64,000 nt of DNA from the sequence record SRR2962707_5461. One strand, 5' to 3'. The translations under genes were made by a program, and so were the position numbers. Shown one piece after another: positions 40,858-49,516 of this stretch. The first letter of the stretch is position 1. Every line of letters starts with the position of its first letter. The notes under the pieces were generated by a model, which did no database searches, was not told where the DNA came from, and worked only from the letters and a program-made list of their open reading frames with translations.

Positions 40858-41880
40858 TTATTCGCTGAGTTCATTGCTAAGGTGGTCGCATAAAGAGAGT
40901 GCGCTAAGCATGGCTCCTTCTGCGTCACCTTGGGATAGCCAGTCGCCAATAAGACCAATGTCTTGCTGCTTGTCCCATAAATAGGGCGCGTTTTCTACTA
41001 TCGGCTGGGAGCGACTTAATAACCATCGATGAGGTTCTCCGCAGGCGCTAGGGGTGAGCTGTGTTTGCTCTTTAAAGGCCTTGGTCAACAGCTCGGTAAT
41101 TTCTTGGTTTTCTTTGTTCAGATGTTTCTGAGCCCATTCTGGTGTCGTTTGTAGCACCCAGCGTTCTTGTGCTGGCGTTCTGCAAGGTTTCTGGTTGTCT
41201 TTAATCAACCTTGCTAGCGGGGAATCTGTCGCTTCGATTATGGATGGAAGCGTACTTGTCTCTGTTTCTAGCCACATTGCCCATTGCGACTGGTATGTCT
41301 GTCCGGCTTGAATCGCTTTTAGTAGCAATGTGTCAATGTCTGGGGTGTTGGCAAGTAAGATCGCCGCTTGTGGTGCGGGCGTTGCTATGACGATGCGTTT
41401 GGCAAAAAAGTGTTTGCTGTAATGGTCGTTATGCAATTGCCAGCAGTCTTCATTTTGCTTTTTTATACGCTCAATATGGTGTATTCGAGTGTTTGAAATC
41501 AACGCGATGTTATTGAGCCAATGGCGTGTAAGTGCACTCATTTTAGGTGTGCCTACATAATATTGTGCGTCATTTTCTTGCTCTTTTTGTGGTAACTGCG
41601 GCCAACGTTGGGCGACACCTATGTCACTAAGGGCAGCTAAAATAGCTTGAGTGCTTGCCTGAGTAGAGCGAATAAAGGGGGTACCAAGGTCGCAGCTTTG
41701 TTCATCGTTTAGTCGCTTGCTGCCAGCTCGGCCGCCTGTACCACGGCTTTTTTCCAGCACACAGACTTGATGACCAGCTTTGCTTAATAGGTTTGCACAA
41801 AGGCTTCCAGCAATGCCCGCACCAATAATGGCGACATCGTAGAGTAACGAAGTGTTTGTGGGTATCTGGGCATGCTTCAT
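40858..41880 (-). CDS. Renalase-like NAD(P)/FAD-dependent oxidoreductase
   Basis: IIGAGIAG, EKSRGTGGR, CDLG, ATPAPQA, HRWLLS, GDWL. Confidence 0.88.
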   Translation of the reverse strand: MKHAQIPTNTSLLYDVAIIGAGIAGSLCANLLSKAGHQVCVLEKSRGTGGRAGSKRLNDEQSCDLGTPFIRSTQASTQAILAALSDIGVAQRWPQLPQKEQENDAQYYVGTPKMSALTRHWLNNIALISNTRIHHIERIKKQNEDCWQLHNDHYSKHFFAKRIVIATPAPQAAILLANTPDIDTLLLKAIQAGQTYQSQWAMWLETETSTLPSIIEATDSPLARLIKDNQKPCRTPAQERWVLQTTPEWAQKHLNKENQEITELLTKAFKEQTQLTPSACGEPHRWLLSRSQPIVENAPYLWDKQQDIGLIGDWLSQGDAEGAMLSALSLCDHLSNELSE

Positions 41881-41882
41881 AC

Positions 41883-41978
41883 TTGTACATCCTTTAGTTT
41901 TGTATCACTTATTCTTATACAATATAGTAGCTCGTATAACAAAAGCAATAGTATTGTACAAAAAGAAACACTGTATAA
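41883..41978. promoter_or_regulatory. Three palindromic operator copies, TTRTACA-N11-YGTATMA
   Basis: Copies at 41883-41907, 41915-41939 and 41954-41978, all with 11-bp spacers, in the divergent promoter region. Confidence 0.75.
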
Positions 41979-42088
41979 TATTTTGATATCAACTATTATT
42001 AATGAACTCGAAAGCCATCATGGCGCTGAAAGACTGCGCTTGGTGGCGCCAAGTAATAGAGGCGGATAATAAGAAAGGAAGTGATCAA

Positions 42089-42988
42089 GTGGACCAAGAT
42101 ATGATTGAGTTGAACACAGAAAGCGAAGAGGTGAATTTTCCTATTCGTACTCTATCGGCAAAAACTGGGGTGAATTCTGTGACCTTAAGAGCATGGGAGC
42201 GCCGCTATGGTTTGCTTAAGCCGCAGCGTACAGAAAAGGGCCATCGACTTTACAGTGAAGAGGATGTTGCGCGTGTTGACGCCATTGTTCGATGGGTGCA
42301 ACAAGGTGTGGCTGTGAGTAAAGTCAGAGCATTGCTTGATCGTGAGGAAAGTGCTGAAAATGTTACCCCAGCAACGGAATGGATAGAGTGGCAGGCTTCA
42401 TTGATCAATCTGTCACGACAATTTAATGAAGATAAAATAGAGCATTTATATCAGCAGATATTCTCCCAATATCCTCCTTTAGTAGCGTTTAAAAATTGGA
42501 TATTGCCCAGCCTAGAACAACTGACTGTTGGTGTGCATGCGCGCTTCTGCAACGCAGTATTGAGTCGTTGTTTAGCTGGCCGTCTTGCGTCGCTTAAAAA
42601 TCAACATGTAAATGCCCCTAAGGTGTTAATTACTGGGTTGTATGGAGAGCGTACACTTTGGTGTTATATGGCGTCTGCGCTGTTTAGCGATCAAGGTTTC
42701 GCTTGTTGTGTTTTGCCCAATATGTCCTCTGGCCAAGATTGGCAAGCACTGATAGAAGGGCTTGAGCCGAGTGCACTTATTGCATTTTGTGAAAATGAAC
42801 TCGTACCTAAATCCACGGATTTGATTACTGCATTGGATGCATGGGGTGAGCCAGTTGCCTTAATTGGTGCCAGTTTCTGGTTGGCGGCGCACGCTGATGA
42901 CATGACTGAAATTGGCTCGGTGAAGGTGTATTCTGAGGCGTTAGAAGGCGTGACGGCGACACTAGAAAGGCTAGGTGGTGAGGAGTAA
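42089..42988 (+). CDS. MerR-family regulator, LitR/CarH-like
   Basis: TGVNSVTLRAWERRYGLLKPQRTEKGHRLY; divergent from the photolyase operon; start uncertain (42089 GTG or 42101 ATG). Confidence 0.88.
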   Translation: MDQDMIELNTESEEVNFPIRTLSAKTGVNSVTLRAWERRYGLLKPQRTEKGHRLYSEEDVARVDAIVRWVQQGVAVSKVRALLDREESAENVTPATEWIEWQASLINLSRQFNEDKIEHLYQQIFSQYPPLVAFKNWILPSLEQLTVGVHARFCNAVLSRCLAGRLASLKNQHVNAPKVLITGLYGERTLWCYMASALFSDQGFACCVLPNMSSGQDWQALIEGLEPSALIAFCENELVPKSTDLITALDAWGEPVALIGASFWLAAHADDMTEIGSVKVYSEALEGVTATLERLGGEE

Positions 42989-43096
42989 ATGGATTGTGTG
43001 AATTTAAAAAACTATTAGATAGATAACAATAATATATTTTATCTATTTATGTGCCTCGAGTAGTCTATAGCTAAGAGACAAAACGAGGAGAATCAC

Positions 43097-43354
43097 ATGA
43101 CTAAGACCATTACTTTTGCTGTTATGCACTTTACCATTGCCTTTAGCGTGGCTTATTTAATTACTGGAAGTTTTATTGTTGGTGGCTTGGTTGCCATTGT
43201 TGAGCCTGCGATTAACACGGTTGCTTTTTACTTTCATGAGCTGTTTTGGACAAAACATGACAGCACGAAGAAAAATCACAGCATGAAGAAAGCATCAAAG
43301 TTTGATAATGCTTGGCAAGCAGCGAGTGAAAGTTACGCCCTAAGAGGCATGTGA
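43097..43354 (+). CDS. DUF2061-family small membrane protein
   Basis: KTITFAVMHFTIAFSVAY...EPAINTVAFYFHE..W; GAGGAG RBS. Confidence 0.85.
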   Translation: MTKTITFAVMHFTIAFSVAYLITGSFIVGGLVAIVEPAINTVAFYFHELFWTKHDSTKKNHSMKKASKFDNAWQAASESYALRGM

Positions 43355-43421
43355 TCTTGGTATGATAAGACGCGAATGTAGAGCGTCTTTGGTGTTTTTC
43401 CTCAGATCAAGAATACGCCAT

Positions 43422-43459
43422 AAAAAAGCCCCGTGACGCCTTGTCAACGGGGCTTTTTT
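43422..43459. terminator. Bidirectional terminator
   Basis: A6-GCCCCGTGAC...GTCAACGGGGC-T6. Confidence 0.85.
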
Positions 43460-43474
43460 CGTACTATGGCGTCA

Positions 43475-44821
43475 TTACAGGTTCAGATAGAACACAATCG
43501 CAATGGCGATCGGGGCAATGAAGCGAATTGCGAATCGCCAGAAGCGATAAAAGGCATCAGAAATGCTAAGTTCTTCTTTCGCGTATTTGCTTTTAACAAA
43601 CCAGCCAGCAAAGATAGCGGTCAAAATACCACCAAGCGGCATCATGATATTGGCGGTAATGTAATCTAAGAAGTCGAACGTTGTTTTGCCGAACATAGTG
43701 ACATCACTCATAAAGCTGAAAGAGCCTAGGCAAGCAATACCCAAAGCCCAAACTGCAGAGCCTAAGAGTATGGAGGCTTTCCAACGACCCATTTTAAAGC
43801 GCTCAACTAGGTAAGCAACAGTCGGCTCCATTAGAGAGATTGCAGAAGTCCAAGCGGCAACGCCAACCAGAACAAAGAATAGGAAGCCAAAGAACTGGCC
43901 GCCAGGCATTTGTCCAAAAGCAACAGGCAAAGAGATAAACATCAAGCCTGGGCCAGCCGCAGGATCCATACCATTGGCGAAAATGATTGGGAAAATACAA
44001 AGACCCGCAACCAAGGCAACTAAGGTATCCAATGCGCCTATGGCTAGGACTGTGCTGCCAATAGAAGCTTTCTTAGGCATGTAAGAGCCGTAAGCCATGA
44101 TAGTACCCATCCCCAAGGATAGGGTGAAGAATGAGTGACCTAATGCGACTAGTACGGAATCCCACGTTATTTTGCTGAAATCAAAGTCAAACATGAAATG
44201 CCAGCCAGCAGAGAAGCCGCTGGTTGTCATTGCGTAACCAAACAACACCAATAGCAGGACGAAAAGTGCTGGCATCATGATGCGGGTGGCTGTTTCTAAG
44301 CCTTTGTTTACACCACGTGCGACTACTATTATTGTCATAATAGTGAACAGTGTGTGCCAGCCTAGTAAGGCCATTGGATCTGCGAGTAAAGCATTAAACG
44401 CCGCACCAGCTTGCTCAGAGGTTGCCCCTGCTAACTCGCCCGTTGCCATAGCTTTAATGTAGTGAAGTACCCAGCCAGCAACAACAGAATAGAAAGAGAA
44501 AATAAGCACGCCTGATAGCATCCCCATCATACCGATCAACCCCCAAGCGCGGGTTGTTTCGGATTCTTCCGCCACATCTTCTAGGGCGTGAACTGGGTTT
44601 TTTCGAGCTCGTCGGCCAATGAAAACCTCCGTCATCATGATTGGAATACCAACCAATAAAATACAGACTAGATACACGAGTACAAAAGCGCCACCGCCAT
44701 TCTCACCTGTAATGTAAGGAAATTTCCAAATATTGCCTAAACCAACAGCCGATCCCGTGGCCGCCAAAATAAAAATCCAACGACTCGCCCACGAGCCTTG
44801 GATGGATGTTTTTTCTTGCAT
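43475..44821 (-). CDS. Sodium-dependent transporter (NSS/SNF family)
   Basis: GSAVGLGNIWKFPY, NGGGAF, FFTLSLG, GPGLMF. Confidence 0.94.
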   Translation of the reverse strand: MQEKTSIQGSWASRWIFILAATGSAVGLGNIWKFPYITGENGGGAFVLVYLVCILLVGIPIMMTEVFIGRRARKNPVHALEDVAEESETTRAWGLIGMMGMLSGVLIFSFYSVVAGWVLHYIKAMATGELAGATSEQAGAAFNALLADPMALLGWHTLFTIMTIIVVARGVNKGLETATRIMMPALFVLLLVLFGYAMTTSGFSAGWHFMFDFDFSKITWDSVLVALGHSFFTLSLGMGTIMAYGSYMPKKASIGSTVLAIGALDTLVALVAGLCIFPIIFANGMDPAAGPGLMFISLPVAFGQMPGGQFFGFLFFVLVGVAAWTSAISLMEPTVAYLVERFKMGRWKASILLGSAVWALGIACLGSFSFMSDVTMFGKTTFDFLDYITANIMMPLGGILTAIFAGWFVKSKYAKEELSISDAFYRFWRFAIRFIAPIAIAIVFYLNL

Positions 44822-45092
44822 AAATGATCTCTAAATAGTTGAAAACAAAATATATAAACAGCGAACAAAGTCTCTTCTTATTAAGACCACTCAATAATTC
44901 CCACTTTATTTAAGGGATCTATTTTTAGGGAAGACTTTATTTAGGGGCGAGATTTTCCGAATTTTGTTCTCATCATGCAACAAAAAATGACATTTTTTAC
45001 GGGAAAATGAAGAATCCTGTTATTTCTTGGAAAGCAAGAGAGGGCAAGGGATAGCGACATTTTTCGCAGTTAAATACTTCTACGACAAATCA

Positions 45093-45170
45093 TTAGTGCT
45101 CTAAATAAATACTGGACATTGTCTTTTAACTCGATAGAATGGTTAGACATCAAATCAATTTGATATCAGC
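45093..45170 (+). promoter_or_regulatory. ectABC promoter with CosR/EctR-like boxes
   Basis: TGGACA (45113)-N16-TAGAAT (45135); boxes TTAGTGCTCTAA (45093), TTAGACATCAAA (45143) and TTTGATATCAGC (45159). Confidence 0.65.
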
Positions 45171-45273
45171 TCACGCCCTGTGATGATAGTTTTTTTATTG
45201 ATTTAGGGCGATTTTTTGAATTCTGAGCTGGTTCGATATTGGTTTATTGTTTTGTTGTCTAATGGGTCAAATT

Positions 45274-45762
45274 ATGACTATAGAAAAGTTAGAGCTGAAA
45301 AAACCAAGTGCGTTAAATGGTATGGAAGTCAATCAGTTGGTGGCTGACTGTGCGCCACTTGATACGAATTCGGTTTATTGCAATTTACTGCAGTGTGATC
45401 ATTTTAGTGACACCAGCGTCGCCGCTGAACTGGATGATGCGCTGGTTGGTTTTATCTCAGGTTATTTATTGCCTGCAAAAACGGACACCTTATTTGTTTG
45501 GCAGGTTGCTGTACATGAGTCTGCGCGTGGCAAAGGCTTAGCAAAAAAGATGCTTAGAGACATTTTGTCACGACCAAGCTGTGCTGGGGTTCGTTACCTT
45601 GAAACTACGATCACTCGGTCAAACGAAGGTTCATGGGCTTTATTTCGAAGCTTAGCGAAGCAATTGAATTCGCCATTAAATGAGTCGGTTCAGTTTGACA
45701 AAGAAACGCATTTTAAAGGCAAACATGACACAGAGTATTTGGTTCGCATCGGTCCTTTTTAG
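45274..45762 (+). CDS. ectA: Diaminobutyrate acetyltransferase
   Basis: PLDTNSVYCNLLQC, LFVWQVAV, LETTIT, SWALF. Confidence 0.96.
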   Translation: MTIEKLELKKPSALNGMEVNQLVADCAPLDTNSVYCNLLQCDHFSDTSVAAELDDALVGFISGYLLPAKTDTLFVWQVAVHESARGKGLAKKMLRDILSRPSCAGVRYLETTITRSNEGSWALFRSLAKQLNSPLNESVQFDKETHFKGKHDTEYLVRIGPF

Positions 45763-45806
45763 AAGGCGTCCTGATCCCTGTACCGTGTCACCCACTGATA
45801 TTTTAA

Positions 45807-47138
<1,332 letters not shown>

Positions 47139-47275
47139 TGTCTATTGATGCGTCGCTCTTTTAGAGCGGCGTTGTTTCTGACTTGAGTGACCTAAATTGT
47201 AAGTTCAACACCTTAAGTCGCCACGGTAGTGTTTAGCACTGCCTTTATTGATTTAGTATTGATCAGGAGAACAGA

Positions 47276-47665
47276 ATGTTTGCACGTGATTTAGCCGAAT
47301 GTGAAAAGACCGATCGCCGGGTTGTCTCTCCGGACGGCAATTGGGAAAGTACTCGCCTGTTATTAAAAGAAGATAACATGGGGTTTTCCTTCCACATCAC
47401 CACGATATACGAAGGCAAAGACTTTGATATGCATTATCAAAATCACCTTGAATCTGTGTACTGTATTTCAGGTGAAGGTGAAGTAGAAAGTCGTGAGACA
47501 GGGCAAAAACACCAGATCAAACCGGGTGTTGTGTATGTCTTGGATAAACACGACGCGCACACATTGCGAGCCTCTAAAGAGTTGAAGTTAGCGTGCGTTT
47601 TTAATCCACCGATTACCGGTAAAGAAGTCCATAATTCAGAAGGCGCATACGAGCTGCTTGATTAA
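47276..47665 (+). CDS. ectC: L-ectoine synthase
   Basis: [45 protein letters not shown]. Confidence 0.97.
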   Translation: MFARDLAECEKTDRRVVSPDGNWESTRLLLKEDNMGFSFHITTIYEGKDFDMHYQNHLESVYCISGEGEVESRETGQKHQIKPGVVYVLDKHDAHTLRASKELKLACVFNPPITGKEVHNSEGAYELLD

Positions 47666-47675
47666 GCTTTTCAGC

Positions 47676-47708
47676 AAAAAAAAGCGTCTTTGAATGAGGC
47701 GCTTTTTT
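47676..47708 (+). terminator. Intrinsic terminator after ectC
   Basis: A run-GCGTCTT...GAGGCGC-T6. Confidence 0.75.
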
Positions 47709-48008
47709 CTTCCTATCCGACGACATTCATGTCGTTCTTAACGTTGACCAAGGTAGAGACGATTGGCCTCCAGCTGCGTTTATTCATAGCGGACGCTGGT
47801 ATTTTTTTGACGCCTTGTTGTATGGCGCCTACTGACTATTTAGTCAGCAATAAATGAAGCCAAAGCGTCGTGCGTTGAGGCAAGTATTAAGCGCTAAAAA
47901 GTCACTTTTCTACTTAATTTTTAACATACCTTATGACACTATTAGCGTCAGCGTTTGAACATGGCTGTGGTTTACCCTTCAGCCCTTTAATTTATTAGGT
48001 TAAGTAAA

Positions 48009-49448
48009 ATGGGACAACATACAGTTGAAAAAATCGGTGGTACGTCCATGAGTGACTACCATTCGGTGCGTGACAATATAGTTTTCAAACCCGTTCAAAC
48101 GAACGATCTTTATAATCGTATTTTTGTTGTGTCGGCTTATGGCGGCATTACAGACAAACTGCTTGAGCATAAAAAGACGGGTGAGCCTGGGGTTTATGCA
48201 TTATTCGCGTTAGAGCGTAAACAAGATTCTTGGTCTGTTGCACTACAAGATGTGTGCGATTCGATGTTGGCCATTAACGCCTCTTTATTTGAAGGTGAGT
48301 TGCTGCATAAAGCAAACGACTTCATTAATCATCGTTTGCAAGACGCTCGAGAATGCCTAGAAGATCTTCACCGTTTGTGCCAGCACGGTCACTTTTCCCT
48401 GAGTGAGCATTTGGCAACGGTGCGTGAAATGTTGGCCAGTATTGGCGAAGCGCACAGTGCCTGGAACACGGCGACCTTGTTGCAGCGCGACGGTGTTAAT
48501 GCGGTATTTGTCGATTTAACAGGTTGGAACACCGTTCACCACATGTCTTTAGACGAGCGCATTCTTGATACCTTCAAGAGTGTAGACCTGAATACTCAGT
48601 TGCCAATTGCAACAGGGTACGCTCATAGTGAAACGGGCTTAATGTCTACCTTTGATCGTGGCTACAGTGAAATGATCTTTAGTCGCATTGCGGTGCTGAC
48701 AGAAGCGCGTGAAGCTGTGATTCACAAAGAATTTCACTTAAGCAGCGCTGACCCTCGTTTGGTGGGTGAAAATAAAGCGGTGCCGATTGGCCGTACTAAC
48801 TACGATGTGGCTGACCAGCTTGCTAACTTGGGTATGGAAGCGATCCATCCAAAAGCGGCCAAAGGTCTACGCCAAAATAATATTGCATTGCGGGTAAAAA
48901 ATACTTTCGAGCCAGAGCACACCGGCACCTTAATCACCGGCGATTATGTCAGTGATGCACCTTGTGTCGAAATCATTGCGGGTTCTCGCGGTGTGTTTGC
49001 GGTGGAATTGTTTGACCAAGATATGTCTGGCGATATTGACCTATTTGATGTGTCCATTCTTAAGGTACTACGTCAATTCAATATCCATATTATTGCCAAA
49101 GACATTAACGCCAATACGATTACTCACTACTTGGCGATTAACTTGAAGATACTCAAGCGCGTTATGAAAGTGTTGCATGAGCGTTTTCCTGATGCGGAAA
49201 TCACGCAACGCAAAGTGGCGATTGTATCGGCTATTGGCAGTGATATGAAAACCACTGGTATGTTGGCGAAAGCGGTCAAAGCGATTGCTGAACAAGATGT
49301 TAACGTGATCGCGATGCACCAATCGATGCGTCAAGTGGATATGCAGTTCGTGGTGGATGAAGAAGACTACGAGCGAACTATTTGCAGCCTTCATAAAGAG
49401 TTAGTTGAAGTGCATGAACATGGTCGTGCTATCTGCCTAGCGTCTTAA
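48009..49448 (+). CDS. ask: Ectoine-associated aspartate kinase
   Basis: HTVEKIGGTSM, VVSAYGGITD, FDRGYSE, HKEFHLSSADP, MEAIHP, C-terminal ACT domain. Confidence 0.94.
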   Translation: MGQHTVEKIGGTSMSDYHSVRDNIVFKPVQTNDLYNRIFVVSAYGGITDKLLEHKKTGEPGVYALFALERKQDSWSVALQDVCDSMLAINASLFEGELLHKANDFINHRLQDARECLEDLHRLCQHGHFSLSEHLATVREMLASIGEAHSAWNTATLLQRDGVNAVFVDLTGWNTVHHMSLDERILDTFKSVDLNTQLPIATGYAHSETGLMSTFDRGYSEMIFSRIAVLTEAREAVIHKEFHLSSADPRLVGENKAVPIGRTNYDVADQLANLGMEAIHPKAAKGLRQNNIALRVKNTFEPEHTGTLITGDYVSDAPCVEIIAGSRGVFAVELFDQDMSGDIDLFDVSILKVLRQFNIHIIAKDINANTITHYLAINLKILKRVMKVLHERFPDAEITQRKVAIVSAIGSDMKTTGMLAKAVKAIAEQDVNVIAMHQSMRQVDMQFVVDEEDYERTICSLHKELVEVHEHGRAICLAS

Positions 49449-49463
49449 GTGAAGCTAAACCAT

Positions 49464-49501
49464 AAAGCCCCGATTATTGGTCACGATAATCGGGGTTTTT
49501 T
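49464..49501. terminator. Terminator between convergent genes
   Basis: AAAGCCCCGATTAT...ATAATCGGGG-T6. Confidence 0.82.
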
Positions 49502-49516
49502 ATGACCATGGATATT

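Noticed and set aside
47729..47857. 42-codon ORF upstream of ask as a leader peptide
   Set aside because: No Shine-Dalgarno and no Thr/Lys/Met codon cluster
47740..47960. Lysine riboswitch before the aspartokinase
   Set aside because: Lacks the AGAGGNGC, GCCGAA and ACTGYC conserved blocks
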